A DNA stretch of 62,556 nucleotides, the filler included, from Porpidia crustulata (Eukaryota): the NCBI GenBank assembly GCA_964255105.1. It is 10 parts of 10 records of this genome, joined end to end, with 100 filler letters (N's around TTAATTAATTAA, not from the genome) between each part and the next. Parts side by side here need not be neighbours in the genome. Positions count along the whole stretch, not along the records: positions 50,139 to 56,301 come from CAXUWE010001621.1; positions 56,402 to 62,556 come from CAXUWE010001622.1; 8 more parts are not named here. One strand, 5' to 3'. Positions 51,607-62,556 of this stretch are shown here, one piece after another. Every line of letters starts with the position of its first letter. Position 1 is the stretch's first letter. Made by a program: the position numbers and the translations under genes. The notes below the pieces were generated by a model. That model saw only the letters and a list, made by a program, of their open reading frames with translations. It made no database searches and was not told where the DNA came from.

Positions 51607-53151
51607 ATTCGTTGTCCAAGAATGCTAATTCGAGCAGAAAATAGCAAGTCTACGGTTGCTTACTGCTGTTATGGAGGTGTACTAAACAACCCCGTAAGGC
51701 GCGTAGAGGACCTTTCAGCTGTAGGAAACAGGAGTCTGCTCAATTGGGCGAGTGATGCTATTCAAGAAGTTGTGCATTCACAGTGTTCTTTGATGTTTGT
51801 AGATCTAGACAGAACTCAAAGTAAGGTGGTAAGGTGGTAAGGTAAGGGCATAGCTGGTGGAGGAAGGTGGGGAGTGGAGGAGGGGTGGAGGGATTGTAAG
51901 GCTGTTGGGCTTCCTTCTGAGGGGCAATCCAGCTTATCGTGAATTGCCCGCGTTAAGCGTTAAATCCCCTTCGAAAAGAATCAAATCCGCCGTGTGCAAC
52001 ATTCTACTGGATTACTTTCGTCTTGTTAACGACTCATTGAATTCTGTTATTACCCATGTGGATAGAAGTGGGCGATCAGACACGTCACAGCTGTGACGGC
52101 GTTTCGTCCGCCAGAAACATTAACTAAATCGTCTTTGACTTTCATGAGCTGCAGCGACTGCTCAAACGCCAATGCTACTTATTCATGCCTATCAAATTAC
52201 GACAAGGTACGAGGGCTGATGCACTGTTCGTGACATGAAAGTACGACTGTCACGAGGCAGCAGCCAGGGAGTTCAGGCCCAATGCCCATGCACAGCGCTT
52301 CCATTTTGCTGCACGAAATACTGACATGGTTGGTGTTCAAGCCGCCTTGGTCAAACGTGAGCTGAAAGCTGACAATGCTGGCGCACAGCAGGCTCCGTGA
52401 TCGAGGGTGCGGCTCGATGCATGGGAATTCGATGCCGTGAGATGAGAAACACTTCATCTTACCCTTTTATCTTTTGAAATATCTGGTCACGATGGTTTAT
52501 GGCTGTATGTGTCGCGTCCCGTCCTTGTCACGGGTTTGTTGCACAGCCACATCTCATTGTCTAGCTCGGCGATCAGGCGCGACGTCAGCCACTCACGCCA
52601 TTATCTTCCCTGACTGCGTTCAGGAGATGCGACATGAAATGTTCGAGATCATAGTCTCCGCGTGCGGGTCCTCATGCTGTCTCGAACTTTCTGTCACCGT
52701 GACTATCACTCTTCTCACAATTCTCTCAATGCTTTAATTTTCATTCGCTCACAGTCGAGCAAGACTGTAAGTGTTGTTGTACTTGGGGGGCAGCACAGCG
52801 GAAGACGTTTATTGATTGCGTCAGCTTTGCTACTTCCAGTTACCTTACGTACCGCTATTACCACCACCACTACATAGCATAGGCCATGCTACCAATTCCC
52901 ATGTAATCAGTCAACAAGCCTCCAATCAACATCGCCACCCACAATAGCTCGAGCCCGGGCTAGTACATATAGGGATTCCTCAGATCTCCAAGTCACTCAC
53001 TCACTTCTACTGTCCGCGTCATCGCTTAACAAAACCTATCTTAAACCAACTCGAAAGTCTTTCTTTTCCTTTGCGCGCATAACCTAGACCTAGAAGCATC
53101 AGTATCTCATTCGCCCTCACTTACAGCAACAGTATTTCAATTGCTCCCGCC

Positions 53152-54647
53152 ATGAAAATTAGGAGTTTTGCTGCTTGCACAGCAGCATTTCTAGTCGCAT
53201 CATCCAGCGCTCTTTTCCTGGTTGAGCGAGGAGATGCTTCGCCTGCTGTCGTTGGGCTTAACATCCAGAGGAAGCACATCCTTGATCCTGCGAAGAGAGA
53301 CCTTCAACGGCGGCAGCAAGTTGTTTCGGAGACCTTAGACAACCTGGTAAGCTTCTACTGTCATCCATTCACTCTAGCACCTATATTAATCTACCTTAGG
53401 GAACATTATACTTTGCCAACGTCACCTTAGGAACCCGCGGTCAACCCCTTCGTCTACACATTGATACCGGTAGCAGCGATCTCTGGACCAATGCTCCGAA
53501 TTCAAGACTTTGTCAGCAGAATCAAGAACAATGCGCTATCTCCGGCACGTACGATTCCACCCAGTCAAGCACCTACAAGCTTGTGTCAACCGACTTCAAT
53601 ATATCCTACGTTGATGGGTCGGGTGCGCTGGGTAATTACGCCACGGACACGCTGAATATCGGTGGTCAACAATTACAGGGTCTCCAATTTGGCATTGGAC
53701 TACGATCGAGCTCTCCAGAAGGGATTCTTGGCATTGGCTACACAAGTAATGAAGTCCAAGTAAACCGGAATAATAAACAAGCCTATCCCAATGTTCCCCA
53801 ATTCATGGCGGACAATGGCTTGATCAAGTCGAATGCGTACAGTCTTTGGTTGGATGATCTGGAGGCCAATAGTGGATCGATTCTCTTCGGCGGAGTCGAC
53901 TCGGATAAGTTTCACGGAACGCTTGGAACCTTGCCTATCCAGCAAGCTTTTGGAGCGTTCACTGAATTCGTGATTACCTTGAGTGGAGTCAGTACCACTG
54001 TCAATGGCAAGACTCAGACTCTATCGCAAGATTTGCCCACTCCAGCGCTTCTGGACTCGGGCAGCAGCCTGACCTATCTTCCAAACAATTTAATAAATGC
54101 CCTTTACGGCGCCTGGAACGTACAATACGATAATCAGCAGCAGGTAGCAATTGTCGACTGTAACCTTGCTAATTCGAAAGATACGGTCGATTTCACCTTC
54201 AGCTCACCCAAGATCAGTGTCCCTGCCAGCGAGCTTGTTATTCCTGCAGGCACAGACCAACAGGGGAACATCATTTGTATTTTCGGCATCAACCCGGCTG
54301 ATGGAACCACGCCTGTATTGGGCGATACCTTCATCCGCAGTGCGTATGTCGTGTACGACTTGGCCAACAATGAAATATCCCTCGCGCAAACCAATTTCAA
54401 CGCGACTACGAGCCACGTCCTTGAAATTGGTACTGGCAGCAATGCTGTTCCAAGTGCATCAGTGGTCCAAAATCCGGTACTGGCCTCGCCGTCCGCAACC
54501 GGCGGCGCCAGGATCGCTCCGGTTACGGCCACCGGCACAGGCAGTAGCTCGAAGCCCACAAGTACAAAGTCCGCAGCGCCTTCCATTCGGATTTCATACT
54601 TTGCACTCCTGGGACTCAGCGGCATGGCTGCACTAGCATTCAGATGA
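53152..54647 (+). CDS. Yapsin/OpsB-like aspartic protease, probably GPI-anchored
   Basis: Signal peptide, KR sites, HIDTGSSDLW, LLDSGSSLTYLP, LGDTFIRSAYVVYD, Ser/Thr linker and hydrophobic tail (KSAA...FALLGLSGMAALAF). One intron at 53347-53399. Confidence 0.93.
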
Positions 54648-54807
54648 TCTTGCAGGTTTGGTTAGATGCGAATCTTCAGCGTTGGCGTGGCATTCATGAA
54701 GCATTGTGGGACGGAATCAGCGGCATTGCTACGGCGTTGACTTCATAGTTTCTTGGAGGTTCTGGGGAAACACGATGGCCATTGGGCTTGGAACGCATTG
54801 CGTCTTG

Positions 54808-56103
54808 TCAATTAGGAGGATGGAAACAATTAGATGGTAGCTGTATACACCTTTTAGAAAGATATTGTAGCTTCGACTTTTCATGCTGGCGCAATATCGT
54901 GACATATGCTCTAGGAAAGTAATGATCCCCAGCTAGATAGCACAATAAGTACCTGATCACGAGTAACGGAATTATCCGCTCCAACCTCCCATTGCCCTCC
55001 TTCTTCGACCGTTCCATATATGTTCTAAGCAGTGACAATTCTACAGGTAATATTCCAAATAGGGGACGCATAAATTTCATGTGCTCCATCCTGGTGTGTC
55101 TAATATTCTCTCAATTAAGAATGCGACGAACATCACCAGGAATATCAATTAGCCTGTTGGGCTTGAGAGCCGCTGGAGATCAACATGAGAGTCGTCCTTC
55201 ACCGACATAAAGCCTTTGATGAAGAGATTAGGGCACGTTCCGGGCAACCGTGGCGCACAATCTTCCAGCATGAGAACAAGCTTCGATTGTGGAAACTTGG
55301 GGATTATATTGTGGATGTGAAAGTCATTTCTTAGCAACTCCGACCTTCGTGAGCTCATTGAATTGCCCAATTCGGCCAAAAGCAATTGCGACTTCTTAAT
55401 CCAGATTTTACATCATCGACTACAACTCACGAACCACTATTCAGCCCTCGAGTTGACACTGAAGCTTATTTTCTCCAGTCCTGTGCTTTGATATTTGTTG
55501 ATCTTGAAGATAAGATTCTCTATTTATCTTTTCTATAGGTCTGGTTTTCCTACTATCTACTCAGCCACTTCGTGGTCTATCCTATTACGTGCCTTGATGT
55601 GCACTGGAAATAATGAGAGCAATATCTCGCCTTCCAATTAACAGAGGTGCAGCAGATCGCCCTAGGCCTCCCAAATAGCGAACTTACACCATGAATCTCG
55701 CTCAGCCGCACGAGAAAACCTTCATTTACTTTTAGGTCCTCGAACTCGCCCGTTATATCGACTATCGACACTAAATACTTTGCGCTGCCTGATAGAAAGA
55801 CTAGGAAACCCTCGGCCCAACGTGGCGCACAACCTTCGAACACGACGACATGCGTCGATCTTAGGAACTCGGAAATCATTCTATACGCCTGAAAACCATC
55901 CTTTTATGTCACATTCAGGTTGCCTTAATTTTGGGGATGGCAATCATTGTGTCTTCAGATCTCAACGCAAGCGTGGCAAATATAGAACTAACGGTGGACG
56001 ATTTCGGCAGGGTAAAAGCAATTTTCATGCGTACGGTGGGCCTGAAAGAGATGGATCTTTGCGCTGCTGCGCCGTGTTGAGGAAGGGCCTGAAGGTGTTT
56101 CAA
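54808..56103 (-). pseudogene. Possible decayed gene with an internal duplication, family unknown
   Basis: Chain of short same-strand ORFs (55915-56103, 55577-55879, 55149-55385, 54808-55089), two of which share E[GD]CAPR. Confidence 0.25.
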
Positions 56104-56301
56104 GAGGCTTAACAGCTTCTAAGATTTAGCGGCGGGTCAGGAATGGCCGGGCTGGGAAGGTTCCAGCTGTTTTCAGCAGTGAAAAATTGGTTTATATCAC
56201 GGCTATAATATAGGCGAAACATGCAGCACGTCACAGCGCCGAGAATTCAAATCAAGAAACACGGTCAGAAGCCATACAAAGCCGCATTCGCTGATACTGA
56301 T

Positions 56302-56401
56302 NNNNNNNNNNNNNNNNNNNNNNNNNNNNNNNNNNNNNNNNNNNNTTAATTAATTAANNNNNNNNNNNNNNNNNNNNNNNNNNNNNNNNNNNNNNNNNNN
56401 N
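56302..56401. other. Artificial contig spacer
   Basis: N44-TTAATTAATTAA-N44. Confidence 0.99.
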
Positions 56402-56875
56402 GGCGTGGACATGGTGGGAGGAGGAGCTGGGGGAGGTTCAACAGAGCGTTGGAGGTACGAGAATTTCTCAATACGCACACAATGATTTTGATATACAGCT
56501 AACCAAAATGGGTGTCTAATCTAGAAACAACCAAGAGGCGGAGAAGATCAATCTTCCGTATCTAGTACATCAAGCAGCAACTCTGGAGGCGGCACTCAGG
56601 ATAGCGAAGAGTCGGAGACGGAAAAGGCCGAGAGGAAGGCAAACCGAAAGGCGAAGAAGGTAGAGATGGCCAGGGAGGCGGAGAGACGGCAGAGCAAGGT
56701 GGTGAAGCTGAATAAGCTATCAGCGATTTCAGGAGCTGGTGGGGGCGGTACGAGTAAGGACATCAAGTGTTTCCGGTGCGGGGAGATGGGGCATCGGAAG
56801 AATGAATGCGAGTATCTGGGGAGCGGGAAAAGGGAAGGTGGGAGAAGGGAGGCGATTGGAGAAAGTAGGAGATAA
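56402..56875 (+). CDS. 3' end of an Mpp6-like exosome cofactor with a C-terminal CCHC zinc knuckle (5'-truncated)
   Basis: GRRSWGRFNRALE, intron 56455-56524, then KQPRGG...VKLNKLSAISG...CFRCGEMGHRKNEC. Confidence 0.65.
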
Positions 56876-56976
56876 TGGTAGTTGGGATCGTAATCCAGAG
56901 ACACTTACGTATTGCTGCCAACGGACCATGCTGTCAATCAAGTAATGTGATAGGTCACGCCGCTTCGAGAATCATA

Positions 56977-58230
56977 TTAATTCTCCTGCCTCGATGAGTC
57001 AGAGTCGTCAGGAGGATGGTGGGTGGAGGACGGGGTTCGATACGAGGACGGTTTAGGCTTCTCGTCAACATTGCTAGCTACCTCGCTCAACAGGTCGCTT
57101 CCGCCTGCCGGAGAAGCTGGGGAAAGGCCACCGGCATTCCACGTAGTATTTTGGGCCGTCTGAGATGACAAATCGACGAAACCAGAATCCACGGTACTGT
57201 CCGCCTCACTATCAAGATCATCTTCATCGTCGTCTTGTACGTAACTGAGTGGAGGACCCGGACGACTTGGCGGGCTGCTGCCCCGGACAACTGGGGTGGG
57301 TGGAGGGGTGTAGGGACCTGAAAGGTTCCATTCGTCCACTTTGCGGATTGGATGGAGGGAGGAATCTCCATGGTGGCCGGAAGGGCGAGATGACGAGGAG
57401 GCCACGACGTTTGGCGGCAGCTTCGAGGTAGGTTGGTGGGCTGTGGCCCGCCCGCTCTTCTTGGTGCCCATTGGTACGTTCGGAGGCGTCCACTCCACGA
57501 AGGAGTCATCAGAGCCGGGCAGGGAGGAGGTAGTGGAGGTGGCGGTGGTGGCGGAGTCGTTGGAGCGGGTCACTGGGTCCATGGTGAAGCGGACTTTTTT
57601 GACGGTGGCGGTTTTCGGAATGTCGAAGTGTACCTTCTTCGGCGTCGAGATTCTTGCTTGGCGTCCCTTCGAATCAACGACTTTTTCAAGCTGTCTTGTG
57701 TGTAACTCCTGCGTCCCGGACGCCGTTGGCCCTTTAGCCTTCTTCCCTTTCGTGGCCTGTTTCTTGGATGAGGTGGTTTCGGTCGGATTGACTTCCGATG
57801 GCGTTTTGCCAGGTCTCTCAACAGCCGGAACTGTGTCTGGAGTAGGCGATAACGCAGTTGGTATAGTTGGAAGCTGAGGCTGAGGCTGTTCAAGCTGTTC
57901 TGTTGGTCGGACTGGACTCGTAACGACGGCAGAATGAGATGGCGCAGGAACGGCAGGGGCGCGTTCGATTGGAGAAATCGGTACTTCCCACGGAGAGGAC
58001 TTGCACCAATTGTTGGGATGCTTCCGTGGAGGTGAGACAAGAAACGCTGTTCGATTGTACCTGACAGGCCTTCCGGGTGTCTTGTCAGGAGGATTTATGA
58101 CAATGCCGCACATTCCTCGAGTCGAAATCTCAGAAATGAAGTAAAGAGACAAGTTTTTAAATACAGACATTAAGAAAGCTGCAACCGGAACATGCGGTTC
58201 GACCATATGATTCTTGAAGCAAAGACCCAT
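56977..58230 (-). CDS. Orphan, largely disordered Ser/Pro/Thr-rich protein with two RVxF-type motifs
   Basis: 417-aa open frame containing KKVHF and KKVRF, an acidic patch and many S/T-P sites. Confidence 0.6.
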   Translation of the reverse strand: MGLCFKNHMVEPHVPVAAFLMSVFKNLSLYFISEISTRGMCGIVINPPDKTPGRPVRYNRTAFLVSPPRKHPNNWCKSSPWEVPISPIERAPAVPAPSHSAVVTSPVRPTEQLEQPQPQLPTIPTALSPTPDTVPAVERPGKTPSEVNPTETTSSKKQATKGKKAKGPTASGTQELHTRQLEKVVDSKGRQARISTPKKVHFDIPKTATVKKVRFTMDPVTRSNDSATTATSTTSSLPGSDDSFVEWTPPNVPMGTKKSGRATAHQPTSKLPPNVVASSSSRPSGHHGDSSLHPIRKVDEWNLSGPYTPPPTPVVRGSSPPSRPGPPLSYVQDDDEDDLDSEADSTVDSGFVDLSSQTAQNTTWNAGGLSPASPAGGSDLLSEVASNVDEKPKPSSYRTPSSTHHPPDDSDSSRQEN

Positions 58231-59390
58231 CTGAGGTGGAGTGGTTGCGCGGAGAAGAGAGAGAGAGACAGAGAAACAAAATGGGAGGAGAGGGAATTTA
58301 TACCCACGAAGAAGGCTAATTTATGTATTTCCCCATTTCCGCAGGGACAAATTCACTCTGCTCACCAGAGGTAGCAACGTCTCAATTAGGAGAATACAAG
58401 GATCAGACAACGAAGTAATGGGGAGCCTTGTATGCGTTCGACCCTGACTTGGTGGCTTCATGAGTAACGTAGTCATCATTCGGCATGATGACATTACCAG
58501 TCGAGATTGCCCGATTCGGATACAATGGTGCATCGGTACATGCCATAGGTAAGTTCCACAGTCCTCTGTGGCTGCCATTTAGGCCCGTCAGATGTCGATT
58601 CCTAGAGCAGACACCCGTCCCCATGATGGAAATACAGCTACCGTAGCTGTAGAGGTGGTCCTCAGCGCTGTCGTTCCTCCGTCCCTCATTTACAGGATTT
58701 GAACATGCACATTGAGCACTTTAGAAATTCTCACGACCGTTGGGCTTTGGTGACCATCACTGTACCACAGATACGACATTCGAGAGTCATGTTGGTTCCC
58801 CTGGAACAGGTCCACCTCGATCTAAACTCACCCTGATCACAATGGCACACGATAGGAGAGCGAATTGGTGAGAATATGTCTTTCATGTCCAATGTTGCCT
58901 GTTCAAGCTGTCCAGATAGGTTAACTCATTGCTAGCGTGAAGCAATATAGACGATGTAGCCGCATTAGGCGATTTAAGCTCGATAATCTTATACTTTACC
59001 GCCGTTAGCGTGCTGTCTGCAATCGTCATCTCCCACTAGCGTCGGGAATGGCCCGCATGCATAAGCAAATCCTTCATTCATTTGCTTGGTGGAAGAAAGT
59101 CTTACATTTTATTTAAGTGGAGTCTTAGGTACATCAATGCACATATTACTTGCATCGAGGCCATTCTTATTGGCAGCTGGGAAATGCGACGGGGATGATA
59201 TGAGGTCATGGACTTAATCCACGTTTCAAGAAAAACAACTCTGGCCCGAAGGATTCCCCGCTTATGCCCCTCCGCCTCGATCCATTTAGCTACAATTCTT
59301 TTCTATCCTGATCTGTCCTGTGCGCAAATTCCACCGTGCTGTATTTCCTGATCGGGGGATACCCTCGGTGGACATCGCTTCAGGTTCATC

Positions 59391-62336
59391 ATGTTCGGTC
59401 CTTTCCTCGAGTCGTTCGAATGGCTGAAGGCTCAAAACCCACGCTTGCTGCTCAAGAAGGGACGATTCAATTTCCTTACGATACACTGTACAGTTACCTA
59501 GCCCACTTGAGCCTTGTACTGAAGACAATCATGGCATATTAACTTCATCTGGTCCAGATATCTACATCCTCTGCCTTGCTATCATTGGGTCAATCCTTCT
59601 TTATCCTGCCGGTAATATGACCTACATCGACGCACTATTCTTGTCTTGCGGAGCTGCAACTCAAAGTGGACTGAACACGTACGTCAATGGGGCTCCGAGA
59701 AGTTACCCAGTACCGTTACTGAATTAGGTCTATGCAGAATTGATGTGAATAAACTCAATACATATCAGCAGGTGATTGCAATGGGCGGGCAAAGGACCGA
59801 ACCTGAAATGCTTACCCAGTGCCTAGATCGTCTTCTACTTCATGGCTATGGTTGCCACGCCAGTCTTCATCAACACGTTTGTGGTATTTGTTAGACTGTA
59901 CTGGTTCGAGCAGCGCTTTCAGCATGTGGTCAGAGAGGCGCGCAACATGGGTCGCGCTCGCACGCGATCGCGGACCAACACTGAGGCTAGAAAAGACACC
60001 CAGGAGCCAGGGGTGCTGGAACGAGGTGTCAATGGTCGGGATATTGTGGTGCTGCACAATGGCGATTCTCGGAATGGCAGCACCGGGGATCAGTACGTTT
60101 TGGACGGAGCAAACCCCGGCAAAGAACTCGACAGTGCAACAGGCTCATCATCGAGTCAGCAAGACACCGTGCAACCGTTCGAATCCCGGCCTCAAGTGCC
60201 TCTTCAGCAGCCACCCACACTTCATCGGGAAGTCACATTTGCAGACGAAGTTGAGAAGAGAAAGGATACAATCTTCACACTGGAAGCGATACCCCAGCGC
60301 CTGACTCCTGAGCAACACATCGCTTTTCTAGAAAACCAGAGGAACCCAAAGGACAAGGGGACTCTTCGGATACCTGGTCCTAGAGATTTTGATCGTGGTG
60401 ATGTGCCTCAGACATTGGCTAATGAGGACGATGGTGGACCGCTGAACCACGAGATTACCAGCCCAACTGAGCGCAGAGAGACCGCAAACGGAATACCGGT
60501 GAAGCGGCATATTACCATTGATGGGCCTGATCATCAGTTAACAAAAGCCGATACCGGCATTCTCCCCAAGCTCTCGTACCGGAAGACTGGCAATTCTGAA
60601 GCGATAAAAGCGGCCCCGACAGAGGAAATAGGTCCGCTTTCCGCTCGACTCCGATCGCGTACGGGTACATTTGGAAGTCTGAGGGCATCCGCTTCAAGGG
60701 ACAAGGACCCAATGCCATATCTTAGCTGGCAGCCGACCTTGGGCAGGAATTCGGCGTTTGTCGATTTGACGGAAGAGCAAAGGGAGGAACTTGGTGGGAT
60801 AGAATATCGCTCACTGAAGACCTTGGCTATTGTACTAGTTTGTAAGCTTGCCCAAGTGTGCAAACCTACGAATTTGCCAATTACTAAGTTCCATCCGACT
60901 CCAGCATACTACATTTTCTTTCATCTACTAGGTGTCGTCACTCTGACACCCTGGATCATCCGTGGTGGCACCTATGGTTCTGTACTCGATGGCGATGGCC
61001 AATCGAGAAGTTGGTGGTAAGGAGATCAAGTCTGCATGTCTCTGCAAAAGCTTACACCGGACAAGGGGGATCTTTACACCGGCCTCCATGTTCAATGATC
61101 TTGGCTTCACACTCACGCCTGATTCGATGATCTCCTTTCAAAGAGCTGTATTACCTCTTCTACTTGGGAGCTTCCTGATTGTGATTGGAAATACTGGTTT
61201 CCCTTGCATGCTACGTTTCGTAATCTGGTTGACCTCCTCTGTAGTGCCTCGGACCAGTGGGGTGTGGGAGGAATTGAGGTTTTTGCTCGATCATCCTCGC
61301 CGCTGCTTTACCTTACTTTTCCCGAGTTCCGCCACATGGTGGCTGTTTTGGATCCTCGTAGTACTCAACGGTCTTGACCTGATCTTCTTCATTGTTCTTG
61401 ATGTAAGCCTCTCAGATAGAATCGCCGCTCTGAGAAATGCCACTAATACGCTGCCAGCTCAACGACCCGACCGTTACAGATATTGGTCCCCCTGGCTATC
61501 GCGTCCTCGATGGTCTATTCCAAGCTGTGTCTACGCGTACTGCCGGCTTCGCCCTTGTCAATCTCGCCAATCTCCACCCCGGCATACAAGTCTCCTACCT
61601 AATCATGATGTACATTTCCGTCTTTCCCATTGCTATTTCCGTGCGTCGCACAAATGTCTACGAAGAGAAGTCCCTCGGCATCTGGGGATCCTCGGTCGAG
61701 GAAGCCGAAGACGACAAGGAACCCAGCTACGTTGGTGCCCATTTGCGTCGCCAGCTGAGTTTCGACTTGTGGTACATATTTCTAGGGCTATTCATCATTG
61801 CGATTGCCGAGGGACCGAGGCTACAGAACCCGACAGACACCGCGTTCACGCTCTTCTCCTGCCTCTTCGAAATCGTCTCCGCGTACGGCACCGTCGGGCT
61901 CTCTCTCGGCTATCCCAACATCAACGCCTCCTTTTCCACCGAGTTCACCGTCGTGTCTAAGCTCGTCGTCATTGCCATGATGGTGCGCGGCCGGCATCGC
62001 GGACTCCCCTACGCCCTCGACCGCGCCATCCTCCTTCCCTCGGACTCCCTTCACCGAAAGGAAGACGAGGATGCCTCCAAACGCTTACAGAGGCGTAACT
62101 CAAATGCAAGTCAGATGGACCACAACGGTCATCCACTGAGTATGCAACCCACCACAGCCACGGCGACAGGGAGGGATATCGCCGGAAGGGATCTCGAGAT
62201 TGTCGAGAACGGCGCTTCTGCCAAGGTCCACGCAGGACATACGAGGGGAGCCTTAGGAAGGATGATGGCAGGGCTGGCGAGCCACACGCAGCTTCATATA
62301 AAGACCGAGAAAGAAGCAGAGGAAAAGGATGTATAA
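59391..62336 (+). CDS. TRK1: TRK-family potassium transporter
   Basis: FNFLTIH/Y, YIDALFLSCGAATQSGLNT, GGIEYRSLKTL, SMFNDLGFTL, FLLDHPRRCFTLLFP, STRTAGF, FEIVSAYGTVGLSLGY, RGRHRGLP. Confidence 0.95.
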
Positions 62337-62556
62337 AGGTGATGGGTGGGTATATATATTCGGATTGACGATAATATCGACTGGGTCATCGGAGTTTTTG
62401 AAAGGGATACTCATGTTTACGAACGAGTATACGACGTTTTGGGCACGTCTTCGGGTTTTCGTTTCGCGATATAGAAGGGGGTATCGCTGGATGCTGAAGG
62501 AGGCAGGATGTATATAGTATCCATTTATTAATCGAGGGAACCAATCCTTATAAAAC

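Noticed and set aside
6171..56401. Regularly spaced TTAATTAATTAA palindromes about every 6.27 kb as a biological repeat or array
   Set aside because: Each is embedded in exactly 44+44 Ns. It is a synthetic six-frame stop linker.
1..62556. A multi-gene system or cluster (e.g. stress genes, or metacaspase + NLR relic + toxin-like gene)
   Set aside because: These genes lie on different, arbitrarily adjacent contigs, so there is no linkage evidence.

Overview
Eukaryotic DNA from a filamentous ascomycete (Pezizomycotina-type genes, short GT-AG introns with CTRAY branch points). The window is not one locus. It is ten unrelated contigs of about 6.16-6.17 kb, sorted by decreasing length and joined by an artificial 100-nt spacer (N44-TTAATTAATTAA-N44), so gene order across spacers is meaningless and many genes are truncated. 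Recognisable genes: RIX1, YPP1/TTC7-like, VMA2, an LEA-like hydrophilin, two aspartic proteases, a type-B carboxylesterase, a frameshifted multi-pass membrane protein, a large secreted Ser/Thr-rich protein with a DHVYE...N..KG domain, a PTH11-like receptor, HSP12, a polyol SDR, an amidase, phospholipase B, an MRJP/yellow protein, an atypical Hsp70, carnosine N-methyltransferase, ERV41, a DUF1996-WSC protein, a PP2C, a prodomain-less metacaspase, an MPP6-like zinc-knuckle protein, an orphan with two RVxF motifs, and a TRK K+ transporter. I see no convincing multi-gene novel system. The best signals are (1) an apparent [D1,2] spliceosomal twin intron (stwintron) in the first aspartic protease gene and (2) a putative Kex2-processed secreted protein with an HNH-like toxin domain. 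Family calls come from my recognition of motifs, not from database searches. Exon boundaries were read by eye.
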